64,000 bases of DNA from Sphaerodactylus townsendi (lineage: Eukaryota): positions 110,732,001 to 110,796,000 of the forward strand of contig NC_059425.1 of the NCBI RefSeq assembly GCF_021028975.2, in the 5' to 3' direction. The translations under genes and the position numbers were made by a program. Position 1 is the first letter of the stretch, and each line of letters opens with the position of its first letter. The notes beneath the pieces are model-generated. The model worked only from the letters and a program-made list of their open reading frames with translations, was not told where the DNA came from and did no database searches. This document shows positions 38,340 through 51,049 of the stretch, piece after piece.

Positions 38340-39150
38340 AGTCTGCTTGTTGCCTCCAATATAGGTGGGGGGCAGCAGCAGCCAGGCCAGGCCGGGAGCC
38401 TGCCAGGAGCCTGCTGTTGCCCCCCCCCCCGATCTCTATTGCAGGCTGTGAGCAAGCACAGCCTCTGATGGGGGGGGTGTGTGTGTGGCAGCAGCAGCAG
38501 CCAGCACCAAGCCAGGAGGCAAGGCAGGAGCCTGCTTTGGTAGCCNNNNNNNNNNNNNNNNNNNNNNNNNNNNNNNNNNNNNNNNNNNNNNNNNNNNNNN
38601 NNNNNNNNNNNNNNNNNNNNNNNNNNNNNNNNNNNNNNNNNNNNNNNNNNNNNNNNNNNNNNNNNNNNNNNNNNNNNNNNNNNNNNTCCCCGAAGGGCTC
38701 TGGGCGGTGTACAACATAAAACCATACATAAAATCATCATACATTGTGGCTGGGGCCAGGCTTGATGGTGCTGTGGCACACAAGCTTGGCCAGGCCAGCC
38801 AGCGCCTGCCAGGCTGCTGCTTCGCCATTGAGCCTGGCCCTGGCTGCAGCGCTGGCACAGCATGAAGAGGCCATTGAGACAGTCATGGCCACCGATGCCT
38901 GGCCCGGGCCCCCTGAGGCGTGTCCAGCAAGTCCGCTACCTTGCCACTGGATGCTCGCCCAGGCCAGCCAGTGCCCACCAGGCTGCCGCCACACCATTGA
39001 GCCCGGCATCTGCAGCAAGTCTGCTGAAAGGAAACCTAGGCCAGCCAGAAGTGTGGGGGCTGATTTTCTGCCCCCCCTTGTGGTGGGCGCCCAGGGACAT
39101 ATGACCTCATATGTTCCTGTGGAAGCTTCATCCCTGATTGTATGCCACTG
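38340..39150. mobile_element. GC-rich hAT-type element fragment, interrupted by an assembly gap and an L2-type tail
   Basis: Right terminus ...GATTGTATGCCACTG at 39150, with internal ggccaggccagccag repeats. It directly follows the truncated Penelope GIY-YIG region. Confidence 0.5.
38546..38686. other. Assembly gap (141 N)
   Basis: Run of N. Confidence 1.
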
Positions 39151-41125
39151 GAGGACTGGATATTGCTTGTGAACTGTTTGGGACATATATCCCCACCCAT
39201 TTCAGAATTTATAATAAGTGGACTTTGAGGTGTAGTATATTCTTAGTTGACAGCTTGTTGCTGATATAGAGACACAGCTGCTATTGTGCTTTGTCTAAAT
39301 ATATATATGCTATTGTGTTCTGAATTTTTGATCACTATTTTCACTTCATCTTTATTGATTAAAACACACTGTTATCTTGTATACGTGTATAAGCAGCCTT
39401 GATACAGTGGTTCCTGTTGTGCTCTACTGTTTGCACACCATATCTATTGGTGTTCATAACTGTAAAAGAAACCTGCCATCCTGAAAGTAGTCAGCAGTCA
39501 AAGTTTCCTGTTTTGAGGAATGATGCAGTTCTTTGCAGGTGTTGGGTCTGGAAACAGGAATTTCTATCTTGCCTACCAGTACATTTTTGCATCTTTGAAA
39601 ACATCTCAGCCAACAAGTACATGCTATTATGTAGTTGCCATTAAGTGTTCAGTTGTATGATAACAGCTGGAGGAGAAGGATGACAAACAGTAAGCTAATG
39701 TATGGGTTAATTTAGCCTCAGCATCTGCAGTCTTGGCAATTCCAGCCCCTTACTCTTTCAACATAAAGGTGAATGTGCATTGTTCACTTCTATGGGAAGA
39801 TAACAGATAACAGGGAAGATAACCTTTGCCACCCTTGGAAAGCTGATATTGAGGAAGAAATCCAAGCTCTGACTCATGAGCCCATCCCATTCATCTCGCA
39901 TGTAGGTAAGTTCATGACTGGCATATACTAAATAACAAATAGTTTAACAGTAGTAGTTTTGAAAATGGGCAGGACATCAATTCTCATTATGGGGAGACTG
40001 AATTTTGCCAGGGGATGCCAGCGCAAATCATGGTCTGCACGCACTCTCCAAATCATACTGCTTTATAGTTCCATCACTTCTGGGAGTCATGGGAATCCCT
40101 CACTCTGTCCCAGACTACTTCATGCTAGAATTCCAGGACATGTGGGTAGAATGACAATTTCAAATGAGATTTGAGATTACTGACCTTGTCTAAATATCTT
40201 TGCTGATGCTCAAGGTTAATTCTTGCAAGGGCCATCTGTTGACCACACTTCCATTGTCTTGTGAGTATGAACTATAAAGAAGAAAATGGCAGTTAGAATG
40301 GGCAGTGAACTGTAACATATGTTTCTTGTATCAGAGCAAACAGTGTTTGTATCAGAGCAAACAGAGCAGAAGTACCAAGATGTTTGTTCACATTGGGTTG
40401 CATGCACGCGCACACACACGTGCACACACACACGTGCACAAACACGCTTGCTCAGCACCATGCCCAAAATTCAATTTTGGGTTCTGTGCAGTAGATAATT
40501 ACAGAATTGTTGTGACAATGGATTTCAAATGTTTTGTCTAATTTGGTCCCAGGTGAGCAAAACTAGGCTCTTGTACACTGTGAATTGGAAGACAGAATCA
40601 GAATGTGACTTCCAGGAAAAGAGTGACTTCTCTGTTGGCAAATTAAATTCCATTGCATGTTCATGTCTCTGAAACCGAAAAAATGTTGTGGTTCCTCTTC
40701 TGCCTTCTAAAATGTTCCTCTGTCACGCTTGCTGTATCTATGCCCACATATCAGCTATTAAAATATTCTGTTTAAAAGACCTTTTCTGCACAATGGAGTT
40801 ACTCCTTATTTTCTTGGAAATCGTTCCACAAGCATTGGAATCAGTTTGGGAACAGTTTTTCCACACGTCTGTCCTTCCTGTGTACTTTTACAATTGTGGA
40901 GTCAGTTTATTTTGTTCCCCACATGGCTTAAACAAAAGATTTTCAAGGGAGGGTGCTGTTGTCATTGGTGAAATTATCAGTGGCATCACAGCAATGTCTT
41001 TATTTTATTTTTGTAAATGGTCCTAAATTATCAATACAATGTTGTAGTATTGTAAAGACAGTTTAAGCAGGTTCTCTGAACTCCCAGCTTTCTTCTTTCT
41101 TAAAAATTAAGCTCTTGGTTCCTTC

Positions 41126-42177
41126 CATAGCCGTATGTAGGCAAACCGGAGCCTGGGGACAAAACCTGAGCCCCCCCCCCTTATGGGCGGCCACCCTCCC
41201 CCACCACGGCCAAACAATGATTTTTTTGCACCTGCTCACAAAACACCTCCCACCCCCAGCAAAACGTACATGGCTCTCTCCCCACCAACTCTCTTTCCTA
41301 ATTTTGTCCTCACACCAACCCTATGAGGTAGGCCAGTGGTGGCAAACCTTTGGCACTCCAGATGTTATGGAATACAATTCCTATCAGCCCCTGCCAGCAT
41401 GGCCAATTGTAAATCTCTCACAAATCACCCCCAGCAAAACATTTACCAAACAAATGTCAGCGTCATCTCTCACTAAACACCTCCAGTGGAATCCATCCCC
41501 AAACAGCATCACTTTCAATGGCGTTTAAACTAGGGAGTCCAGATTCTTCTTTTAAATCCACCTTAAAGAGAGAATCTGGGGTCCCCAGTTAAAACAACAT
41601 TGAAAGTGATGCTGTTTTGGGGTGGATTCTTCCCTACCCTGAAACAGCATCACTTTCAATGTATAAACTGGGGACCTCACATTCTCCCTTTAAGTCCATG
41701 CTGAAGGGTGTGGATTTAAAAGGAGGATCTGTGGAAATTTGGAGTGTGCCTCCTATCAGGGGTGCAATTGTTAAGCTAGCAGCACCAAAATTTCAGGGAT
41801 TTTTGGGAGACTCTCCAGGTTTGATGAAGTTTGGTTCAGGGAGTCCAAAGTTATGGACCCTCAAAAGTGTAGCCCCCATCTCCTATTAGCTCCCATTGGA
41901 AACAATGGGGGATGGGGCACCCCTTTTGGGAGTCCATAATTTTGGACTCCCTGAACCAAACCTCACCAAACCTGGGTGGTATCATCAGGAGAGTCTCATG
42001 AAAAATCCCTGAAATTGTGTTGCTGCTAGCCTAAAACTTGCGCCCCCTGCAGGCTGAAAACTGAAAAACACTAAAACATACAAAAATATACAAACGAACC
42101 TGAAATTTTTGTGCCCTCCTCTAGGGGGCACCCGGGGACATGGGGTACCCCATGTCCCCTAAGCAAATACGCCACTG
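41126..42177. mobile_element. Composite non-autonomous hAT-type element containing a SINE fragment, half a MITE and palindromic modules
   Basis: Termini CATAGCCGTAT (diverged) / ATACGCCACTG, TSD GTTCCTTC / GCTCCTTC (7/8). It contains a half MITE at 41334-41409 and aaacagcatcactttcaatg modules at about 41490-41670. Confidence 0.75.
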
Positions 42178-43427
42178 GCTCCTTCACTTGCAGACATGTA
42201 AGGAAAAAGGCATCTCTCCATGATGGAAGGGAGTACAGACTTTATTAAAAATGAAAGCTAGGAATTCAGAGAACCTGCTTAAACTATTGTTACAACACTA
42301 CAGTGCTATATCGATATTTTAAGGTTTTTTTAAATTGAAACCATTGTCTGGGGATGGCTGGGTCATTGAAAAGTGGGCTGGGGGTGGATGGAGTCGGTAA
42401 GACAAAGAAAACAGATAGAAATATTACATACTAGGAAAGAAATGACTGAAAATCAGTTCCAGAAAAATATCTGGGCAAACATGATCTCAAAAGAGCCAGA
42501 AAAACCCTGGGAGAAAACAAAACAAACAAAGGCACAAAATGCATACAGAAATCAGAAGATAAAAAGAAGAATTATGGTGCCAGAACCAGTGGGGGAAAAA
42601 ACCCATGTGGAAAAGTCCAAAGGAATCTCTCTCTTCAATCCTGCCTGCAGCTAAAATCAGATTTCAGAGTCTGTAAAATGCAGGTTTTACTATCTAGCAG
42701 TTTATCTGTGCAGGGCAAACAGACAAAAACAGAGGAAACCCATTTTGTAAGAAGTCCAAGCTAGGCGGTGGACTATCCTAAGCTGTTTATACAGTGACTC
42801 TTGTTTCTATTTTGGGATATAATCTTTGGTTTCTCTATCCTGATTTTCACATTGCAATCTGTTTTCACTGTTTTTGCCTCTAGGAATCAACAAAAAAAAT
42901 TCAGTGTTACAAAAGATCAATTCCCTTGGCTAAAAATTCCCTTTTAGTCTTTATAGGCCAATCAGATTGGTAAGAAAATAAGACTTTGCCTTCTTACATA
43001 AGAAGTGTTGAAAAGGAAAGGTTTGGTGGTGGGGGTAGGGTAGGGTGGCTGTTGCTGAAGCTACAACTATATTTTTTGCTCAGAAGGCAATTGCTATTAG
43101 AGAAATCCTTTAATCTTGCTTTAAAAATGGAAAGTTACAATGCACTTAAAAACTCAAGTACTATATTCACAGCAAACGAGCAGAGAAGAAGTGGAGAGGC
43201 AGACAGAATGGCAGCACAGTGACATGAAGTGGAATAACAATAGCTCTTTCTAATCAGGAACAACAATGTCAGAAGACACACAATCTATATTATTAGCCTT
43301 CTTGGTAATACAGATACCAATATTATTGTGAAAGAATAAAAAGAACTAGGTCAACTACAACACACCTTGGCAACCAGATAATAGACTCCCTATTTGTCTG
43401 CCAATTAACTACCCTTTATTAGGGTAG

Positions 43428-43610
43428 TTTCAGAGGATAGCCGTGTTGGTCTACAGTAGAGCAGTTAGATTTGAGTCGAGTAGCACCTTGGAGACAAACA
43501 AGAGTTTCACAGTATAAACTTTTGAAGGGAGCGTAGATTTGCAAAACCTTGTCCACTGAAACTCTTGTTGGTCTCTGAGGTGCTAGTTGACTCAGACCTA
43601 ATTGTTCTAT
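43428..43610. mobile_element. Penelope-terminus-derived palindromic repeat
   Basis: Reads gatagccgtgttggtc...gagtcgagtagcaccttggagacaaacaagagtttca / tgaaactcttgttggtctctgaggtgctagttgactc. This is an inverted pair of the kind I recall for reptile PLE pseudo-LTRs. A related fragment lies at 51352-51400. Confidence 0.6.
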
Positions 43611-45339
43611 ATTAGGGGTTTCTCTTTGCCTTTAAATGTCAGATTGCTGTATTGCCAAATTAAGTATAGCAATAATCCCTACTAGCACATGTCAGAGACT
43701 GCGGAGAGCGGAAGCCACTGCCAGCCTACGGAGATGTGCTTTTAAAAGCTCAGAGGCTGGGGGCAGTGCTTGGTATGTTGCCCCACCCCAGGAGGGAAGT
43801 GTTCAGGTGGCGTGGCCCCAGAGGCTGGCAGTGGCTTCTGCTCTCCCCAGTCTCTGGGGAGGACAGAAGCTGGGCTGCGGGGAGGGAAGGGGGTTGGGGC
43901 TCCACCCCTGAGTCCTGCCCCATGCAGGGCTCAGAGAACACTTGTCTCCAGGCACAATTTCCCCCCCATACACCTCTGCAAAGCCCACTGTATTTATTTA
44001 TTCAATTGGCTACACTGCTAATTTATAAATAAAACTAACCCTGTAAAACACAAGCAGCACAGATTTGCATGGTTGAATTAATTAAAAATCATTTTCAGGG
44101 AAGCCAAGGAAGTACATATGATGGCTGCTTAAAGCAATCCTGGTGGCGGCTGCTGCACAGACACAGCACTACAGACAGGAAACAGGATGGGGCCAAATCC
44201 CCTGCTGGTGGCCAGGAGATACCTGGCAACCCTACATAAAAGTGGGGTATTCGCTTTGCTATCACCTGCTACTAATGGGTGTGCAAGGAAATGGAGCAGT
44301 CTGCACTGTATTCCATGAGCTGTCATTCATTATCCTCTTGTTGTGTCTTGTAATTTTCTTGAAAGGCTATACATTAATTATTAAGAAAGGCGGCGTCTTT
44401 AGAGAAACTATTTGGTGAGGAATGGTACACTGAAAGGAAGTAATGTACTTCCCCCACCGATTACTTTTCTCTCCCCTACTCCTTCACCTTTAGAACGTTT
44501 TGCCTTTTTCACTGAACTGAACCCACACATTTATCTCACATTGTAGCGCAACAAAACAAGGATACACCACTGAGTGCACATTTGACAAAGAAAGCTACAG
44601 TTGGTGCTTGTTCTCTAGCAAGTAAATGCTGTATGGGTTGGTTCCAGGCTAAATTTTTCAGTGGAATAATGGAAATCTCCTGCCTCTTCCCCTCCCCGCA
44701 CAGCCCATTTATGTCTTATGAAATGCTGCTCCTGGGGCACAGAGGAATGTCACAAAAAAGAGGGTGTGTGTGTGTGTTTCCAACAGGAACATGGAATCAG
44801 CAGAAAGTGCAAATTTACTTTGTATCCATCCCTAAGAATCCTGTTCAGTGCACACACCTATCAGCTTCAGAGTGTATCTTTCACATATCTGAATGGCACT
44901 GAGAAGACAATGTTTGTGTGGTTTCAGTGATCCTTAGCTGTAACACTACTTGAATCTAGCCTTAGCTTAGGATCACTGGTTAGTGGTAGAAAAGCTAAGT
45001 CTGGTTATCCTGCTTACCTGTATTAATACAAGCAGTTGGAGCCAGTTTCAAACAAAGTTCCTTTACTGTGCCTGCGTATGGGGTGTGTGTGTGTGTGTGG
45101 CATGTGTACATGCTCAGCAACAAGCCCAGTTTGCCATCTTACTGGAGCACTATGTTTGCTTGTTTTTTTCTAATCTTACCTCAGAAATTGTCCTTAAAAA
45201 AGGCAGAATGATATTTCAAGCTGGGATTTCAACATAATGACAAACCATAGTGCTCCCAAACTGTGCAAGCAAACAAGTTTCAAAAATGTTTCTCATTTGG
45301 CATCCACACTTAGACTACCATGTGATGATTGGGAAGTAA

Positions 45340-45495
45340 TATTGTATTATATTTTTATTGTATTTTATTGTATTGTATTTATAAGATTTAGCTTTTACTG
45401 TTTTATCGCAGCTTTTAAAGATTTTGCCATTTTATTATGTTTATTGTTGTACACCGCCCAGAGCCCCTCGGGGATAGGGCGGTATAAAAATCTAA

Positions 45496-45526
<31 letters not shown>

Positions 45527-45530
45527 AATA
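45340..45530 (+). mobile_element. L2-type LINE 3' tail with stem-loop and (TAAA)n
   Basis: Reads gtacaccgcccagagcccctcggggatagggcggtataaaaatc(taaa)n. Related tails lie on the minus strand at 38687-38730 and 19936-19985. Confidence 0.7.
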
Positions 45531-46983
45531 ATAACTATGGTATCACTGTAGATCCTAACCTTGTAGTGGGTCTTATACAGACAGAAAAAGAAATGGTCTT
45601 GCTGGTGGTTTCAGTTTGTTGCCCATGGCACATATTACACTCAACAAATGTTTAAGTGCTGAGAACCATACATGATGGCTCCCACCAGGTAAATTCTGCT
45701 GAATAACTCCCTATAAAAGATTCATGGAATAACAAGCCCTGCCAAAGGGAATGAGGATCTGAGCCATTCCATTTTAAATGTTAATGCTTATCAATAGTCC
45801 AGATGTTTTATAGATCTTTAAGGAAAGAACCATCATACAGCTTAGCTGTAATCTTGATGAGTTCCCTAGCAACTATATTTGATAAAAAGCAAATTGTACT
45901 TCCCCACTATATTTGATAAAAAGCAAACTGTGCTTTAAAGCAGCTCTAGTTCAACTGCTTAAAAATTCTGAATTGTGTCATAATTCTTGCACTCCTCCAG
46001 TTTTAATTTGTGGATCTTCCCCTCCTAATATTTTCTCACTTCTGTCTCTAAACTGTTTTTTAAAAAATTCTCTACGTCCAAGATGTATGGCAACAGCAAA
46101 AGGGGGGTGGGGGTGGAAGAAAAACTAGTTATTTGTTTTCTTGTAATGTAGAAGCCTGTCTATAAACTCAACACTGAATTATTCAGAACAGAGAAGATGC
46201 AGACACCCTCAGAAAACAATGAAAGGAATGAAAGAAATGTCCTCCCTAGCCCCTAAAAGGAATCATTTCATAACACCAGATGCAACAAATTCCACATATA
46301 CATCAGTGTTTTTATGAGCACAGTTGTATCTCGGAAGTTCACCTTTACTATAAACAGAAAAGAGTAATAGAATATTATTTGGGAATTCTGTCTTTCATCT
46401 GAAACATTTATATTTCATAGAACAGACACCATCAGTATGTCTTTCTTGAGCTACATACTTATCTGCCGAAATACACATCTGACATAGATAGGCAGAGGCA
46501 AACTTTGGAGAGTATGAATATAGTTGCTTCGTAACTAAGCTGCATGAAAATTAATAGCTGTTCCAAACTTCAGACTCGCCCACAAAAACATTCACCAACA
46601 TACCAATTGTGAAAATGTTTTCCACTGTGGCCAGCAGATCCATACTGCTGCAGCAGACTATTTTCAGTCTGGAGAGAGAGGCAGAAAAGTAGAGAGCCTC
46701 AACACTTATATCATGCACCCCTCCATTTTATCCTCATAACAATCTTTTCAGGTAGCTTAGGCTGGCAGAGAATGATTGCAACGGTCCAAATCTGTGCTGC
46801 CCAGTCCCACCTACATCCAGTCCACTTTTTTTGTGCATAATGTTCTTTCCCACTATGTTAGATAAAAAGCAAATTGTATTTTAAAGCAGTCCCAGTTCAA
46901 CTGCTTAAAAATTCTGACCAGCATTTTATTGAGAGTGGACTAACAGTGAGAGGACCAGCCCCCCACCCCCACCCCGAATTAGG

Positions 46984-47283
46984 GAAGAAGAAGAAGAGTT
47001 GGGATTTATATCACTCCTTTCTTTCCTGTAGGAGACTCAAAAGGGGCTTACAATCTCCTTGCCCTTCTCCCCTCCCAACAAACACCCTGTGAGGTGGGTG
47101 GGACTGAGAGAGCTCCGAAAAGCTGTGACTAGCTCAAGGTCACCCAGCTGGCGTGTGTGGGAGTGCACAGGTTAATCTGAATTCCCCAGATAAGCCTCCA
47201 CAGCTCAGGCGGCAGAGCTGGGAATCAAACCCAGTTCCTCCAGATTAGAATGCACATGCTCTTAACCATTACACCACTGCTGG
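46984..47283 (-). mobile_element. Full-length tRNA-derived CORE SINE (Squam3-type, long gecko variant) with (CTT)n tail
   Basis: The minus strand has an A box (tggtgtaatggtt), a B box (gggtttgattccc), a CORE-like gctgggtgaccttgagctagtcac...cctcacagggtgtttgttg, and a (ctt)n tail. Confidence 0.8.
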
Positions 47284-47327
47284 GAAGGGAGAGAGCTAGG
47301 GTCGTCAGTCTTCATGTGGTGTATTGC

Positions 47328-47824
47328 TAAGGTGACCAGATTTTTACTCCTGTAACGCGGGGCGCGCGCGAGCACACTGCCTTTTGAGGCGCTTCCCTGT
47401 TAGGAAACAGGGAAACAGGGAAGCACCCCAGAAGGCAGTGCGGCAGCGCAGGAGGCACACACGGCTGCAGGAGCGCACTGCCTTTTGCAGCGCTCCCTGG
47501 CGCTCTCCTGCGCTGCTGCACTGCCTTCTGGGGCGCTTCCCTGTTTCCCGCCCTGTCACAGGGCGGGAAACCGGGGAGCGCCGCAAAAGGCAATGCGCTC
47601 CTGCGGCCGCGTGCACGCTCCCGCGCTGCCGCACTGCTTTCTGGGGCGCTTCCCTGTTTCCCGCCCTGTGACAGGACGGGAAACAGGGAAGCGCTCCAGA
47701 AGGCAGTGCGGCAGTGCAGGAGGTGCATTGCCTAATCGGGACAATTTTAACACCCCGCAAGACGCGGGACACATTGCGGAAAAGCATGAGTGTCCTGCCA
47801 AAACCGGGACGGCTGGTCACCTTA
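47328..47824. mobile_element. Young non-autonomous hAT element (Blackjack-like TAxGGTGACCAG termini) with three internal hairpin units
   Basis: TIRs TAAGGTGACCAG / CTGGTCACCTTA. Perfect 8-bp TSD TGTATTGC at 47320-47327 and 47825-47832. The CpG-rich interior is built from gcactgccttctggggcgcttccctgttt and its reverse complement. Confidence 0.92.
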
Positions 47825-48329
47825 TGTATTGCCAGCAAAACAAGGGCTGCAAATGTTGCTTACTGGAAAATGAAGTTTCAGAGTACAGGAAACCACTGAT
47901 GAAGACCACAGCTCTTTATTCATCTGTAAAAGGCAGATCACAAGCAAGTACAGCCTTGATTAAATCTCAGGAGGGAAGAGAGGATTTAACCTTTCAACTT
48001 TGCAGAATTTCAGTGATCAAGCCCAGCTTTTTCCTGACCCACATTTTTATTAAAACTTCAAAGGGATTTTAATATTTAATATATGAAGTTTTATTTATAT
48101 TTAATACATGAGGTTTTAATATTTGCCTTCTACAGAGATTTGTAATCTTGAACACGTCCACTTTGGCCTTGAGTGAGCATTGTGCTAATGCTAGACATTT
48201 TATTTATTAAAAAAAATGAAAAATAAACCTTGTTTGGCCTTGACATGGAACTAATGGGGCAACAATGTGCCATGTGCTTCTACAACAGACTGGAAGGATG
48301 CAACTATTATATTCCAATAGCACCAGTTC

Positions 48330-48552
48330 CCTGCCCTCCTCTAAGTGACAGCCTTTCAAATACTTAAAAGAGAGAAACCATGTCTCCCATAAACGTCTTA
48401 TTTTTCAGACTAAGCATTTTCAAGTTCCTCAGACTTTCCTCATAGGGTTTGATCCCCAGACCTTTGATCATCCATGTCAGCTTCCTCCATATCCTCTTGG
48501 ATCTGTTTACATCCTTTTTCGAAGTGAGTCCTCCAGAACAACGCTCCAGGTG
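48330..48552 (-). mobile_element. CR1 LINE ORF2 fragment
   Basis: The translation KKDVNRSKRIWRKLTWMIKGLGIKPYEESLRNLKMLSLKNKTFMGDMVSLF matches the CR1 consensus KKDxxxLERVQRRATxMIxGLExxPYEERLxELGxFSLExRRLRGDMI. Confidence 0.8.
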
Positions 48553-48709
48553 AATAGCCTCTTCCATTCTTTTGTTCATTCAATATTTTACTCCCAAATA
48601 TGTGCATTTTACTCTCAAAACCAGTAAAGAGTGCATTTTACTCTCAAAACAAGTTGCAGTCTACAATAATATCCCTGTCCTCAGGTGTATTTTAGCAACT
48701 GTGTCATAT

Positions 48710-48927
48710 GTAGGCTTGACAAACTCAAAGTGGAGGCTGGAGATCTCCCACTATTACAACGATCTCCATGCAATAGGGATCAGTTCACCTGAAGAAAATG
48801 GCCACTTTGGAAGGTGGACTCTGTGGCGCTATACCGCAGTGAAGTCCCTCCCCTCTCCAAATCCCACCTTCCTCGGGCTCCACCCCCAGGATCTCCAGGT
48901 ATTTCCAAACCCAGTGCTGGCAACCCC
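48710..48927. mobile_element. Old Blackjack-like hAT MITE (TAGGGTTGCCA-type termini)
   Basis: Reads taggcttgacaa ... ctccaggtatttccaaacccagtgctggcaacccc. A reverse-orientation relative lies at about 2755-2900. Confidence 0.6.
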
Positions 48928-50931
48928 ATGTGTATCTCTTCTAAACTTCTCTAACTCTTGTATACCCCTCAGGAAAAAAATGTTACACATCTCAACTCTC
49001 TCCTCTCCTGTTTCTGTTTGATGCTGCCAACTTCTAGGACTTCTACATGCTCACCTTACTTTTGATTTCCTTGACAGTCAATCCATAACACTGGAGTTAG
49101 TTTGGGCCAGGTTCTTTCGGTTGCCCTCTGTGCATTTTTGTCAGTCAGTTTATTTTCTTTTGCACATGCTTCAAATAATCAGGATTTTCAGAAAAGGGTG
49201 CTGCTGTCATCGATGGCATCATAGCACCCCTATCCCTTTTTTTAGTTTTTGTGCAAGCTTATATTGACACCGTGGCTATATATTTTTTTAAAAAAAATTC
49301 AGCACAGAAATGTTGCTGTATCAGTCTGCAGTAGTAATGATAGGTTTAGCAAGTTCTGTGAATTTCCGGCTACATTTTAAAAAGTAAGTTTCTAGGCCCT
49401 TTGCTTGCAGAGATATGAGAAAGGGAAGAAAGTTCACAAAGGAAGGAAGTTCAATAATTATTTTTTAAAAAATTAAACCTGGGAATTTGGATGACCTGCT
49501 AAAACTGTTATTGCAATAGTATATCAATATGTCAATTTTCTCAACAAAAAAGCAAGGTCATTCTTCTTCAGGGTGGGGAAAGAGGAATGAGAGTGGTTTG
49601 ATAATGATAACTATCCAGCCATCAAAAAGTGGAACTAGGCAGGACAAAGAAATAGCAACCTTATATTGGTATAGGTGGGAGGCGGAGAGGTAAATAAAAA
49701 TCCACTTCCAGAGATTAGATCAGGGTCTGAATGGAGTCAAAAGAAATTGGAGGAAAAAACAAAAAGAACTTGGAAAAAAGCAAAAAAGAAGCAAAAACTG
49801 AAGGCACAAAAATTAGGGGATAAACTGAAACAATATGGGGCCAGATTTGATGGGAAAAAAACCAACCCGTATTTAATTCTCTCTTATCCTACATCTGCTC
49901 TCAAACCTTCCTTCCACAAACCCTGCCCTCTCCTCTGTGTCCTGTCTTCTTTGGTTAAGCTGTACATCTGAAGCATCTCATATTTTTGTACAGTACATGG
50001 GGCTCTGGGTGCTCACTGTGGACATGTGAAGTTCTGGATGGAGTGAACAGCTGTGGGGATCCTACATTTTTATATCTTAAATGTGACAAATATTACATTT
50101 ACAGCTTTACAACTCAGTCTCCTGGGCTGGGCAAGACAGCTGCTGCTGCTGCTGCAAGACAGGCCATGCACTTGCATTGCTCCAGCATGACATACTTTGC
50201 TGTTAAGTGTCTGAAGACAATAACATTTGGCTATGATTCCAATCCTGTCTAGAAAATATAACTCAAAGGCAGGAAAATCTGACATTATTCAAAATCATGT
50301 GTACAGAGGCAGTGAAAAGTGCCATCATATTTCTACTGACTTGGTGAAGCCATGTAGGTTTTCAAGGCAAGATGAATGTCACTATTTCAATTTGGCAGCT
50401 TGGCAACCAAACCCAAGAGGTAGTTGCTTGCCCAAGGCTGTTCTGTGCACCTTTGACTGAACTGGGATAACGCCAGTTGTTTTGAAACAAGTGACTAGAT
50501 CCCTCACTTCTAGATTAGATTTTAAATGGAGGTGTAATCATAGGCATATTCCCTTGCCAGTAAATGCCATTTAACTCAGGGGGATCTTCCAAGTAGACAT
50601 ACATGGGATTTGGCTGCACAACAGATTTTATTTAAGTCAGTCACACCATGCCACTATTTCTTCTGGCTGTAGCTCCTCATCATAAAAAGATAATGAATAA
50701 AGTAAAATGTTCTGCTGTTTTGGAAAGAGAACTTAAGACACCACTGTGAAGTAGAAACAATCTCATGATGAAAGCCATTAAATCAGACCTAAAGCTTAAA
50801 TTTCCAAAACAAAAGAGATCAATATCTGCATAGGGGCATTGTCCTTGACTAAAATATGAATCTATTCCAAGTCAAACGTCTGGCAAAAAAACACAATTCT
50901 GGAACATAAATAACATGATTATAACCCTGAC

Positions 50932-51049
50932 CAGTGTTGAGATTCAAATAATTTAACAACCGGTTCTGGTGGTGGGAATTCAAATAATGTAACAATTGAT
51001 TGTTTACAAGCACCATTTTAACAACTGAACCTGCTGAATCCCACCACTG
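50932..51049. mobile_element. hAT MITE, same family as 21085-21218, opposite orientation
   Basis: Reads CAGTGTTGAGATTCAAATAATTTAACAACCGGTTC ... GAATCCCACCACTG. Perfect 8-bp TSD ACCCTGAC at 50924-50931 and 51050-51057. Confidence 0.9.

Noticed and set aside
38186-38865. Long ORFs spanning 38.2-38.9 kb
   Set aside because: They are artefacts of reading through the 141-N gap. Only the first ~30 codons of 38186+ (the GIY-YIG relic) are meaningful.
43500-43570. Possible hammerhead ribozyme in the Penelope-derived palindrome
   Set aside because: The CUGAnGA core is missing and the GAAA box is degenerate in this copy, so no intact catalytic core is visible.
47327-48072. Overlapping 95-195 aa ORFs with repeated peptides (FPVSRPVTGRETG)
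   Set aside because: They are a by-product of GC-rich palindromic repeats inside a TSD-flanked non-autonomous transposon.
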